The notes under the pieces: generated by a model | Told to the model about the DNA's origin: nothing | Databases searched by the model: none | The model's input: the letters and a program-made list of their open reading frames with translations, nothing else | NCBI GenBank assembly: GCA_016176405.1 | Contig: JACOXG010000011.1 | Location: 1 to 63,277 of the forward strand | DNA length: 63,277 nt | Direction: 5' to 3' | Source of the DNA: Candidatus Daviesbacteria bacterium | GTDB lineage: Bacteria > Patescibacteriota > Microgenomatia > Daviesbacterales > UBA10151 | Made by a program: the position numbers and the translations under genes | Part shown: positions 45,629 through 54,865 of the stretch, piece by piece | How positions within the stretch are numbered: the first letter of the stretch is position 1 | How the letters are laid out: every line of letters starts with the position of its first letter

Positions 45629-47410
45629 ATGGATCTGGACATAATAGATCTAGACCCAAAAAATAATTTGGGTTTTAAGCTTATGGCAAATCAGGCTGCC
45701 CAAACTACTCAGACCAATAGAGACCAAATAGAAGATATTTTATTTAAGCAAGGACTGTTAACCTCTGATCAGCTGTCTGCAATTAAATTAGAAAGTATCA
45801 ATTCTGGCCAACCGATTGATAAAATCTTGGTTCAGCACAATTTAGTGCCCCTAGATAAGTTAACTCAGGCCAAGGCCCAGCTTCTTAATGTCCCCTTTAT
45901 CAAGCTGGAGGGTAAGGCCATCTCGGCAGATATTTTAAATCTGATTCCTGAACCTGCTGCCAGACGTTATCAGATCATTCCCTTTGACAGACGAGAAGAT
46001 GAGCTCATGGTAGCCATGGTAGATCCTTTGGATATTCAAATCATCCAATTTATTGAAAAAAGGTCAGGTTTTAGAGTTAAGCCCTTTTTGGCTTTAGGGG
46101 ATGATATTTTAAAAGCTATCAGGGATCAATATGCCCAAAATTTAACTAGTGAGGTGACCTCAGCCTTAAGGGAAGTAGAAGAGGTTAAGCCAGAAGAAGT
46201 TCAAGAACAAGGGCCAGAAATGATCAGGGAGGCACCTGTCTCCAATATCATCAACCAACTCTTGGAATATGCTGTTAAAACTCGGGCCTCTGATATTCAT
46301 ATTGAACCGCAAGATGATCGGACCAGAGTCAGATATAGAATTGATGGAATTTTACAGGAGAAGATCTTACTGCCAAAAGGGGTGCATGAGGCCTTGATTT
46401 CTAGAGTGAAAATTTTGGCAGTCTTAAAAATTGATGAAAAAAGACTGCCCCAGGATGGTAGATTCACCTTTAATTATGGATCAAATGAGGTGGATTTGAG
46501 AATTTCCACTGTCCCCACAGTTTTTGGAGAAAAAGTGGTGATGAGACTTTTACCTAAATCATCTGCCGCTCCCTCTCTTTTCGAATTAGGTCTAAGAGGT
46601 ACCTCTTTGAGAAATCTGGAGGCTCAGCTGCTTCGGACTCATGGTATCATCTTAATTTGTGGCCCCACCGGTTCTGGTAAAACTACCACGCTGTATTCGA
46701 TACTCACCAAAGTTTCCACCACCAAGGTGAACGTGGTTACTATTGAAGATCCGGTCGAGTATCAAATTCCTGGTGTTAATCAGGTTCAGGTTAATCCTCA
46801 AGTAGGTTTAACCTTTGCCTCAGCCTTAAGGAGTTTCCTTCGGCAAGATCCTAATATAATAATGGTAGGAGAGATTAGAGATACGGAAACCGCGGATTTG
46901 GCCATTCAGGCGGCTTTGACTGGTCACCAAGTTTTCTCCACTGTCCATACCAATTCTGCTGCCGGTGCTCCACCCAGGTTGTTGGACATGGGAGTTGAAC
47001 CATTTCTTCTTACCTCTTCCCTTTATGCCGCAGTCGGCCAAAGGGTGGTCAGAAAAATTTGCCCAAAATGTAGAGTGGAATTTGTAGCTATTCCAGAGGT
47101 GGTGGAAAATATCAAAACGGTTTTAGGCAAACTGTTGCCGCAATCTGCAGTCAATGGTAGTTTAAAACTTTTTAAAGGAAAGGGCTGTAACTTTTGTGCA
47201 ACCACTGGTTATTTGGGTAGAATTGGTATTTTTGAATCACTGATTGTGACAGATGCCATTGCCAAGTTGATTTTAGAGCATGCTTCTTCCTCAATCATTG
47301 AGAAAGAAGCCATCGCCTCCGGCATGATTACCATGAAACAGGATGGATATTTAAAGGTGCTGGAGGGCATAACAACTTTGGAGGAGGTACTTAGAGTTGC
47401 ACAAGATTAA
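45629..47410 (+). CDS. pilB: type IV pilus assembly ATPase PilB (GspE family)
   Basis: N-terminal GspE_N-type domain, Walker A GPTGSGKTTT, Asp/His boxes, C-terminal CPKC..CNFC zinc cluster. An alternative ATG lies at 45683. Confidence 0.93.
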   Translation: MDLDIIDLDPKNNLGFKLMANQAAQTTQTNRDQIEDILFKQGLLTSDQLSAIKLESINSGQPIDKILVQHNLVPLDKLTQAKAQLLNVPFIKLEGKAISADILNLIPEPAARRYQIIPFDRREDELMVAMVDPLDIQIIQFIEKRSGFRVKPFLALGDDILKAIRDQYAQNLTSEVTSALREVEEVKPEEVQEQGPEMIREAPVSNIINQLLEYAVKTRASDIHIEPQDDRTRVRYRIDGILQEKILLPKGVHEALISRVKILAVLKIDEKRLPQDGRFTFNYGSNEVDLRISTVPTVFGEKVVMRLLPKSSAAPSLFELGLRGTSLRNLEAQLLRTHGIILICGPTGSGKTTTLYSILTKVSTTKVNVVTIEDPVEYQIPGVNQVQVNPQVGLTFASALRSFLRQDPNIIMVGEIRDTETADLAIQAALTGHQVFSTVHTNSAAGAPPRLLDMGVEPFLLTSSLYAAVGQRVVRKICPKCRVEFVAIPEVVENIKTVLGKLLPQSAVNGSLKLFKGKGCNFCATTGYLGRIGIFESLIVTDAIAKLILEHASSSIIEKEAIASGMITMKQDGYLKVLEGITTLEEVLRVAQD

Positions 47411-47415
47411 GTGAG

Positions 47416-47482
47416 AAAATTCCAAATCACAAATTCCAAATAACAAACTATTTGTAATTTGGTGCTTGGAATTTGGAATTTT
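47416..47482. repeat. long imperfect hairpin spacer built from CAAATNN / NNATTTG heptamers
   Basis: Arms 47416-47447 and 47451-47482 pair at 26 of 32 positions by hand alignment. Confidence 0.75.
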
Positions 47483-47486
47483 ATTT

Positions 47487-48539
47487 ATGAACATTAACCA
47501 GCTCTTAGACTTAACTATCTTAAGAAAAGCCTCAGATTTACATCTGTCTGTTGGTTTTCCTCCCACACTCAGGATTAACGGAGAACTGATCCCCATCCCT
47601 GGTGAAGAGGTCATGACCGAGTCCCAGATTGAAAGTTTGGTCACGCCCTTGTTGTCTGAGATCCAAAAAAATATCTTTGCTCAGACTTTTGAATTAGACT
47701 TTTCCTTTGAATTTGAAAATAAGGGTAGGTTTAGAGTCAATATTTATAAACAAAGAGGTAATATAGCAGCTGCCTTAAGATTAATCCCTTTCCGTATTCC
47801 CCTTTTGGAAGAAACTGGCTTGCCTCAAGTAGTTTCCAAACTGACCGAGCTTAGACAGGGTTTTATTTTGGTGACAGGGCCGACCGGCCATGGTAAAACC
47901 ACCACCCAGGCAGCCTTTATCAACAAAATTAACCATGATCGAGCTGTTCATGTGATTACAGTAGAAGATCCGATTGAGTACGTTTATCCAAAGGGCAAAT
48001 CTTTGATTGATCAGCGGGAGATGTATCGAGACACCAAATCCTGGTCCAATGCCCTGAGGGCTATACTTAGGGAAGACCCAGATGTGGTGTTGATCGGAGA
48101 AATGAGGGATTTGGAAACAATTGCCTCGGCCATGACCATTGCTGAAACTGGACATTTGGTGTTTGGTACCTTGCATACCAACTCAGCTGCTCAATCAGTG
48201 GATAGAATTATCGATGTCTTTCCTGAGATTCAACAGCCGCAAATTAAGTTACAGCTAGCTGCTACCTTAGAAGCCATTATTTCTTTAAGACTAATTCCCA
48301 CCATCGAACCTGGTCGAACTTTGGCAGCAGAGATTCTGTTTGCCACTCCGGCTGTCCGCAACATCATCAGAGAAGGTAAATCATACCTGATAGATAATAT
48401 TATTGAAACTTCAGCTGAGTTGGGCATGCAAAGTATCGAGCGCTCCCTGGCAGAGCTGGTTAAAAAAGGCAAGATCTCTCAAGATGTGGCCTTAAGGTAT
48501 GCTCTACGCCCGGAACTACTCAATAAGCTTATTAAATAA
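47487..48539 (+). CDS. pilT: twitching-motility retraction ATPase PilT
   Basis: ASDLHLSVG, Walker A GPTGHGKTTT, GHLVFGTLHTNSA. Confidence 0.95.
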   Translation: MNINQLLDLTILRKASDLHLSVGFPPTLRINGELIPIPGEEVMTESQIESLVTPLLSEIQKNIFAQTFELDFSFEFENKGRFRVNIYKQRGNIAAALRLIPFRIPLLEETGLPQVVSKLTELRQGFILVTGPTGHGKTTTQAAFINKINHDRAVHVITVEDPIEYVYPKGKSLIDQREMYRDTKSWSNALRAILREDPDVVLIGEMRDLETIASAMTIAETGHLVFGTLHTNSAAQSVDRIIDVFPEIQQPQIKLQLAATLEAIISLRLIPTIEPGRTLAAEILFATPAVRNIIREGKSYLIDNIIETSAELGMQSIERSLAELVKKGKISQDVALRYALRPELLNKLIK

Positions 48540-48540
48540 T

Positions 48541-48629
48541 GATCAAATCACAAGCACCAAATGACAAATAAATCTCAAATCACAAGCACCAAATTCCAAA
48601 CGTTTGTAATTTGTAATTTGTAATTTTTT
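48541..48629. repeat. heptamer-word spacer ending in (TTTGTAA)x3
   Basis: caaatca caagcac caaatga caaataa .. caaattc caaacg tttgtaa tttgtaa tttgtaa. Confidence 0.75.
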
Positions 48630-48638
48630 ATCCAACCT

Positions 48639-49841
48639 ATGGCTGAATTCATCTATAGAGCTAAAGACCTGAATGGCAAAGAATATAGCGGCGACGTTCA
48701 GTCTGCCGATATTCGCACTGCAGTGGGGATTTTAAGAAAAAGAGGCTTGGTGGTGATTACGGTCAAGCCAAAATTTAAATCAGCCGCTCCCTTTTTGGAG
48801 GCTTTTTTAAACCGGGTCAGTTTTTCCGAATTGGTAGTCACCACCAGGCAGCTGGCCACCATGGTAGGTAGCGGTTTGGTGCTGTCTGAGGCTATTGATA
48901 TTTTAGAAGAACAACAGACCAATAAAACTTTTAAAAAGGCTCTGGGAGAAATATCATCAGATGTCAAAGGTGGTTTAACTTTGGCTCAGGCTTTAAGTCG
49001 GCATCCCAAAATTTTCCCTCGACTTTATGTCAATCTGGTCAGAAGCGGAGAAACTTCCGGAAAATTGGATGAGGTACTTCTTCGAATGGCCACTGGATTG
49101 GAGAAGGAAAGAGAATTTCAAGCCAGGGTCAGAGGAGCTATGATCTATCCGGCGGTGGTGTTAACTATGATGGGGGTAGTAATTATCATCATGATGGTCT
49201 TTGTCATCCCCAAATTGGTCACCCTATATGATCAGTCAACTTTGGAACTTCCTTGGCCAACCAAGATTTTAATTGCTTCCTCAAATCTTTTTATCAATTT
49301 CTGGTGGGCTTTTATTATCTTAGTAGTGGCGGCTATTTTTGGCCTAAAAAGGTGGAACAAAACTCCTGAAGGCCATCTATTTTTAAGCAACCTAATACTT
49401 AAGCTGCCGATTGTTGGTAAAATTGTCTCAAATGTTACTTTGACTAACTTTAACCGCACCTTTGGGCTACTCACCTCAGCTGGTATTCCCCTTTTGGACT
49501 CAATCTCAATTGTGGAAGATATGACAGAGAATGCTGCTTTTAAAAAGGTGTTAAAAGAAGCGCATGGGGGAGTAGAAAAGGGGTTGCCACTTTCCTCGCT
49601 TTTGACTAGTACCATTTTCCCCCGGATTGTGGGGCAGATGGTTAAGGTAGGTGAAGAAACAGGCAAGATTGATGAAATATTTTTGAAACTGGCAGACTAT
49701 TTTGAGTCAGAGTCTGATCATTTAATTAAAAATCTGACAGTGGCTATTGAGCCAATTATCTTGATTATTTTGGGAATTGGAGTAGGATTTTTGGTTATAT
49801 CCATTATTTTGCCGATCTACCAATTAACCACCAGCTTTTAA
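48639..49841 (+). CDS. pilC: type IV pilus platform protein PilC (GspF family)
   Basis: Two T2SSF repeats, three TM segments, 400 aa. Confidence 0.93.
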   Translation: MAEFIYRAKDLNGKEYSGDVQSADIRTAVGILRKRGLVVITVKPKFKSAAPFLEAFLNRVSFSELVVTTRQLATMVGSGLVLSEAIDILEEQQTNKTFKKALGEISSDVKGGLTLAQALSRHPKIFPRLYVNLVRSGETSGKLDEVLLRMATGLEKEREFQARVRGAMIYPAVVLTMMGVVIIIMMVFVIPKLVTLYDQSTLELPWPTKILIASSNLFINFWWAFIILVVAAIFGLKRWNKTPEGHLFLSNLILKLPIVGKIVSNVTLTNFNRTFGLLTSAGIPLLDSISIVEDMTENAAFKKVLKEAHGGVEKGLPLSSLLTSTIFPRIVGQMVKVGEETGKIDEIFLKLADYFESESDHLIKNLTVAIEPIILIILGIGVGFLVISIILPIYQLTTSF

Positions 49842-49911
49842 ATGACCCCTTGACGAAAGAGTAGAGGTTATGAATACAATAAAATATAGAGTGAAGGGGG
49901 GTGAGTAGTTT

Positions 49912-50481
49912 TTGAGAAAATCTGCCCAGGTTCTAACTAGAGGGTTTACCCTAGTGGAACTTTTGGTTGTTATTGCTATTATTGCCATTTTGGCGGCAGT
50001 GGTGGTACTGATTGTTAATCCCTTAGAGGTAACTAGAAGGGCTCGTGATGCCACCAGATTTGCTGATGTGACTAATGTTCAACAAGCCATCAATGTGACT
50101 GTTCAAGAAGCAACTGGATCAGGAGCTGAAGTGCTTTGTGCTGGAGGATCTGCTCCCTGTGTAGGTAGAAGTACAGATAGTGGTTCCCAATCATCAGCTG
50201 GTACTGGATGGGTTAAAGTTGATTTGACTGTGCAAAATGCAGTGGCTGTACCAAACTTGCCAAATGATCCGCAAAATACATCCGGTGCAACCGGCATGCA
50301 CTATACTTATTGTTCTGACGGTAATGCTTGGGAAATCAATACCAGGCTAGAGTCAACCCGATATACAGTGGATGAAGATCGTGATGGTGGAGATGGTGGG
50401 GATGATCCTGATATATACGAGACTGGTTCTGACCCAGGTTTGAATTTGATCTCACCATCAGGTGGTTCATGTACTTATTAA
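49912..50481 (+). CDS. type IV pilin (class III signal peptide)
   Basis: RGFTLVELLVVIAIIAILAA prepilin cleavage/methylation motif; TTG start 6 nt after GGGGGGTGAG. Confidence 0.85.
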   Translation: MRKSAQVLTRGFTLVELLVVIAIIAILAAVVVLIVNPLEVTRRARDATRFADVTNVQQAINVTVQEATGSGAEVLCAGGSAPCVGRSTDSGSQSSAGTGWVKVDLTVQNAVAVPNLPNDPQNTSGATGMHYTYCSDGNAWEINTRLESTRYTVDEDRDGGDGGDDPDIYETGSDPGLNLISPSGGSCTY

Positions 50482-51380
50482 GTTTAGTTGCTTCTGGCTT
50501 TATTTTAGGGACGATTTTAGGTAGTTTAACCAAAGCCCTAGCTGACAGAAGTTTAACTAATGGTAAGTTTTTGGGAAGGTCGTACTGCCCGCATTGCAAA
50601 AAAGTCTTGCGATGGTACGACCTTCTTCCTATTGTCTCCTACCTACTTCTAAAAGGAAAATGTCATTATTGCCACAAAAATATTGGCAAAGAATATTTAA
50701 TGGTGGAGTTAGTGATGGGGCTTTTGATAGCCTATTTATTCTATCAGAACTTCTCATACTTTAACTTTCCCCTTTCTCCTTTACCCTTTACCCTTTTTTT
50801 CTTAGATCTTATTTATAAAATCTTCTTTATCACGGTTTTAGCCATTCTATTTATAACAGATCTTAAGAAGATGTTAATTCCGGATCGGATAGTTATTCCA
50901 GCAATCATCATCAGCTCTATCTATCTAATTATGACCACCATTCTAAAAATTGGCTTCCTATATTATTCCCTCTCCCAAACTCAAATAGGCAGATACTTAC
51001 TTCCTCCTCACAGTGAATTTTTTCAAAGGCATGCCTTAATTGCGGCTGAGGGAGCAATAGGAGCATTTTTAGTGGCGCTTACAATTGGAGGACTCTTTTT
51101 ATTTTTGGCAAAAATTACTGGAGGTCGAGGTATGGGAGGTGGAGATGTCAAGTTAGGATTTTTAATGGGATTAGGCTTAGGTTTCCCCAATGCTTTGGTG
51201 GCCTTAATGGGAGGATTTTTATCAGGGGCAGTGGTAGCCATCATCTTAATTATTTTAGGTAAAAAACATTTTGGCCAGTCTATCCCCTTTGGACCATTTT
51301 TGGTGTTAGGTAGTTTAGTGGCTCTTTTTTGGGGTAATCAAATAATGGGGTGGTATCTGAGATTATCATTCTCAGGCTAA
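50469..51380 (+). CDS. pilD: prepilin peptidase/N-methyltransferase PilD (A24 family)
   Basis: CPHCKKVL..CHYCHK zinc motif and GGGDVKL catalytic Asp motif. Confidence 0.92.
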   Translation: MYLLSLVASGFILGTILGSLTKALADRSLTNGKFLGRSYCPHCKKVLRWYDLLPIVSYLLLKGKCHYCHKNIGKEYLMVELVMGLLIAYLFYQNFSYFNFPLSPLPFTLFFLDLIYKIFFITVLAILFITDLKKMLIPDRIVIPAIIISSIYLIMTTILKIGFLYYSLSQTQIGRYLLPPHSEFFQRHALIAAEGAIGAFLVALTIGGLFLFLAKITGGRGMGGGDVKLGFLMGLGLGFPNALVALMGGFLSGAVVAIILIILGKKHFGQSIPFGPFLVLGSLVALFWGNQIMGWYLRLSFSG

Positions 51381-51436
51381 ATTGGGGTCTTGACAAGATG
51401 TTAATTCATATGCAAATAATGGAATAGAACTAAAAA

Positions 51437-51877
51437 ATGAAAAAGTATCTGCCCAAAACTTCTGGTTTCACCTTAGTTGAACTTTTGGTAGTTGTGGCCA
51501 TTATTGCCATTTTAGCAATAATTGGTATTGCTATTTTCTCCGGTCTTCAACCAAGGGCTAGAGATGCCACCAGAAAATCAGATCTAGAAGCTATTTCTAA
51601 GGCTATGGAAACTCAGTATGTAGAAAGTACTGCTCAATATGCTGCCTTGGCTGCGACCTTCTTTGCAGGTGGAACAATTCCCACAGATCCACTAAACGGA
51701 ACAACTACCTGTCAATCAAATACTTGTAAATACTGTGTGAGAACAAGCAATGGCAATTGTACAACTACAGACACTACTGTAGCAGCTGGGCAACCTCCTG
51801 CAGGTACCAGCTATAGAGTTTGTACTAATTTAGAACAAGGTACACCCACTTTTCTTTGTTACGCCAGTCAACGCTAA
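51437..51877 (+). CDS. type IV pilin
   Basis: SGFTLVELLVVVAIIAILA motif; Cys-containing C-terminal region. Confidence 0.88.
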   Translation: MKKYLPKTSGFTLVELLVVVAIIAILAIIGIAIFSGLQPRARDATRKSDLEAISKAMETQYVESTAQYAALAATFFAGGTIPTDPLNGTTTCQSNTCKYCVRTSNGNCTTTDTTVAAGQPPAGTSYRVCTNLEQGTPTFLCYASQR

Positions 51878-51885
51878 CTTACTAC

Positions 51886-51915
51886 TTGCATTTTAAAAAA
51901 ATTTATTGGAATAAT
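51886..51915 (+). promoter_or_regulatory. candidate promoter TTGCAT-18-AATAAT
   Basis: -10-like box ends 8 nt before ATG 51924; no Shine-Dalgarno. Confidence 0.35.
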
Positions 51916-51923
51916 AAATTAAC

Positions 51924-52841
51924 ATGCCCAACAAAAAAGGTTTTACCCTGGTTGAACTGCTGGTAGTTATAGCTATCCTGGCCATCCTGGCTATTATTGG
52001 CATAGTGATTTTCACCGGGCTGACCAAAAATGCTAATGAAAGTAGAAAAAAATCCGATGTGGAAACCATAGCCAAAGTTTTGGAAGCACAGTATAGTCCA
52101 ATAGCTGGTTACCCTAATCCTCTGGCAGGCACTTTCTTTGCTTCAGGAATAGTACCAACACCTCCTGAGGGAGGTACCTACAATGTTGTATATAGTACTG
52201 GTAATGTTGGTTTTAGAGTTTGTGCAGATTCTGCTGATACTGATCCCCTTACAACCTGTAGTGCGTCTTCTAGTACTTGTTTCTGTAAAGATTCCAGCCA
52301 ATCACAATACGTAGCCGCTGGTGGTCCCCCACCAGGAGGTGGTGGAAATCCCAAACGGGTCTTTGTGACCAGTACCACATCTAATGGTAATTTAGGTGGA
52401 TTAGCTGGAGCTGATACTACCTGTAACACACGCGCCAGTTCAGAAGGATTAGGAGGTACTTGGGTGGCTTGGCTGTCCACTACTACAGTTGCTGCCAGTT
52501 CAAGGGTGAATCAAACAGGTGCTCCTTATGAGTTAGTCAATGGTACAGATATTGCCGATGATTGGACAGATTTAACCACTCTTCATGATGGAACTAATTA
52601 CCTAAAAGCTGCAATTAATATTAATGAAAGTGGAACAACAGTAACAGCTAATGTCTGGACCAATACAACTGTAACTGGAGGTATACCCGCCACATCAGCT
52701 GATTGTAGTGGTTGGACCTCGCCAGATTCTGCTGTTACTGGAAAAGGTGGCACTACCACAAGTACCACTGCTACCTGGACTGCTGCTGGTAGTACTCCAA
52801 CCTGTAATAATTCTTATCGTTTATATTGTTTTGAGCAATAA
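51924..52841 (+). CDS. type IV pilin fused to a C-terminal endostatin/DUF1554-like domain
   Basis: KGFTLVELLVVIAILAILA, then a Gly/Pro linker, then KRVFVTSTTSNGNLGGLAGADTTCNTRA..GGTWVAWLS..YRLYCFEQ. Confidence 0.85.
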   Translation: MPNKKGFTLVELLVVIAILAILAIIGIVIFTGLTKNANESRKKSDVETIAKVLEAQYSPIAGYPNPLAGTFFASGIVPTPPEGGTYNVVYSTGNVGFRVCADSADTDPLTTCSASSSTCFCKDSSQSQYVAAGGPPPGGGGNPKRVFVTSTTSNGNLGGLAGADTTCNTRASSEGLGGTWVAWLSTTTVAASSRVNQTGAPYELVNGTDIADDWTDLTTLHDGTNYLKAAININESGTTVTANVWTNTTVTGGIPATSADCSGWTSPDSAVTGKGGTTTSTTATWTAAGSTPTCNNSYRLYCFEQ

Positions 52842-52931
52842 TTTAAATTTACCTAGTACCACTACGCCCTTTATCAAATTTATCAAACAGGTATGCCCCT
52901 CGCTACTAGTCGCACTACTAATTACGTGTTA

Positions 52932-53727
52932 CCAACCCCCGGTGTCAACACCCGGGGTTTAATAGCTTGAAACCTAAGGATATTTTGTGGTAATGTAGCC
53001 TTATGCCATACCGTAAGACTCCCCTATCCCAAGGAGAGATTTATCACATCTTCAATCGCAGTGTTGCCAGACAACCCATCTTTTTAGGAAATAGAGATTA
53101 TCAAAGAGCTTTGGAGACGATCAGATTTTATCTCTTTTCCGGAGCTCATTTAAGTTTCTCCCATTATGACAGGTTACCTCTGCAACAACGCTCTGATTTT
53201 ATGAAAAAACTGGAAGAGTCAAATGAAAGGCAGATAGAAATCTTTGCTTACTGTCTCATGCCAAATCACCTCCATTTCTTAATGAAGTGCCTAAGGGATA
53301 AAGGTATTAGCAATTTCATGAATTGGTTGCAAAATAGCTACGCCAAATACTTCAATATTAAAACGGAGAGAAGTGGGGCTTTATTCCAATCAATGTTTAA
53401 GGCAGTCAGAATTGAATCAGATGAACAATTCATCCATGTGGGGCGTTATATCCATCTTAATCCCTTAACTGCCTATATTATAAAAAACTCAGCCCAACTA
53501 GAGAACTATCCATGGTCTTCCTTTGCAGAGTATCTGGATAATCAGGATCCCAAAATTATCAGCAGAGAGCTCATGTTAGGTCACTTCTCTTCCGTAGAAG
53601 CCTTTAAAAGATTCACTTTTGATCAAATAGATTATCAAAGAAAATTAGCCGAAATTAAACACTTACTAAATGAGTAAACTTTGGATTTTCCTTAGGTTTC
53701 TATTCAACCAACCCCCGGTGTTGGTTT
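52932..53727 (+). mobile_element. RAYT (REP-associated Y1 transposase) unit with flanking inverted REPs
   Basis: Left REP 52932-52980 and inverted right REP 53684-53727 bracket the IS200-like gene. Confidence 0.75.
53003..53677 (+). CDS. IS200-like/REP-associated tyrosine transposase (RAYT)
   Basis: HIFNRSVARQPIF, HUH motif in CLMPNHLHFLM, catalytic Tyr region GRYIHLNPL. Confidence 0.88.
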   Translation: MPYRKTPLSQGEIYHIFNRSVARQPIFLGNRDYQRALETIRFYLFSGAHLSFSHYDRLPLQQRSDFMKKLEESNERQIEIFAYCLMPNHLHFLMKCLRDKGISNFMNWLQNSYAKYFNIKTERSGALFQSMFKAVRIESDEQFIHVGRYIHLNPLTAYIIKNSAQLENYPWSSFAEYLDNQDPKIISRELMLGHFSSVEAFKRFTFDQIDYQRKLAEIKHLLNE

Positions 53728-53732
53728 TCTCG

Positions 53733-53761
53733 TTGACGAGGCATTAATGGTAGTGAATAAT
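53733..53761 (+). promoter_or_regulatory. candidate promoter TTGACG-17-AATAAT
   Basis: -10-like box ends 7 nt before ATG 53769. Confidence 0.4.
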
Positions 53762-53768
53762 AAAGATA

Positions 53769-54284
53769 ATGCCTAGAAGTAAGCCAAAAGTTTCTGGTTT
53801 TACCCTTATAGAGCTTCTGGTAGTAATCACCATTATAGCTGTTTTGGCTGCTATTGGACTTTTAAGCTATTCCAAATTTATTGAAACTTCTAGAAATGCC
53901 AAAAGACAATCTGACCTAAAATTAATTCAATCAGCCCTAGAACAATATCATGCTGACCAAAAATTCTATCCAAATGAGGGATTAAATTTAGGGAGTGGTA
54001 CAACTCTAACAAACTGTACTGGTAACGCTACAGGTTGTTCTGTTAGTAAAACCTATTTAAATTCCATACCCAAAGATCCTAAAGCCAGTCCTGCTTATTG
54101 CTATAGATCAATGATTAGTTCTTCTCGGACAGGTGATAATTGTAGTAGTGGTTGGTATGATGATTCAGGTCATGAAAAATGTCAGTATTACCGCATATGT
54201 GCAACTTTAGAAAATCCCAGCTCTTCTACATCCTGTGATTGTGGGGGTGGTAAAACTGGTAACTTTGAAGTAAATCCCCCATAA
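53769..54284 (+). CDS. type IV pilin
   Basis: SGFTLIELLVVITIIAVLAA motif; Cys-rich C-terminus. Confidence 0.88.
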   Translation: MPRSKPKVSGFTLIELLVVITIIAVLAAIGLLSYSKFIETSRNAKRQSDLKLIQSALEQYHADQKFYPNEGLNLGSGTTLTNCTGNATGCSVSKTYLNSIPKDPKASPAYCYRSMISSSRTGDNCSSGWYDDSGHEKCQYYRICATLENPSSSTSCDCGGGKTGNFEVNPP

Positions 54285-54322
54285 AGCTTTAGATTTTCCC
54301 CAATTTATGTTACTTTTAAATC

Positions 54323-54865
54323 ATGCCCACTTCATCTACCAACTCCTCAGGTTTCACATTGCTTGAGCTTTTAATTGTTTTGGTAATTTTAGCAATTTTA
54401 GCAGTAACTGCCGGAATCAATTTTAGGACCCTTTCGGAGGATCAAGTTTTAAAAAAAGCCACCTCTGATATTCAATCCTTTTTAAGGCTGGCCCAATCTA
54501 ATTCCACTGCAGGAGTTAAATGTCCTGGTACATCTACAGCGGGTAGCTGGTCAGTGGTATTCAATGGCAGTGATAAAAAAAAATTAGAGATGAATTGCAG
54601 TTATGTTTCTGGAGATAGTGGTATTTTGATTGCTAATGCAAAACCACCCCTGGTATTAGAAAATGCAGAGGTTTCATCAATTACTGGTAGCAGTTGTACT
54701 GCTGGCCCACCCTTTACAGTTTACTATGCCACTCTTTATGGCACTGTGACATTTAATTCTGATACTAATTGTTCAAAGGCGACTGTTACAGTCAAAAGAG
54801 TCAATTCTACCAGCACCAAAGACTTTTATATTACCAAAGGAGGATCCATAGATGCAGCGCCGTGA
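54323..54865 (+). CDS. minor pilin / pseudopilin
   Basis: SGFTLLELLIVLVILAILA motif. Confidence 0.85.
   Translation: MPTSSTNSSGFTLLELLIVLVILAILAVTAGINFRTLSEDQVLKKATSDIQSFLRLAQSNSTAGVKCPGTSTAGSWSVVFNGSDKKKLEMNCSYVSGDSGILIANAKPPLVLENAEVSSITGSSCTAGPPFTVYYATLYGTVTFNSDTNCSKATVTVKRVNSTSTKDFYITKGGSIDAAP

Noticed and set aside
48541-48629. Tandem-repeat spacers as possible CRISPR arrays
   Set aside because: The units are 7 bp with no unique spacers between them, and no cas genes are present. No CRISPR array exists in the window.
52350-52841. Diversity-generating retroelement targeting the C-type-lectin-like pilin tail
   Set aside because: The window has no reverse transcriptase gene and no second (template) copy of the 3' end of the gene.
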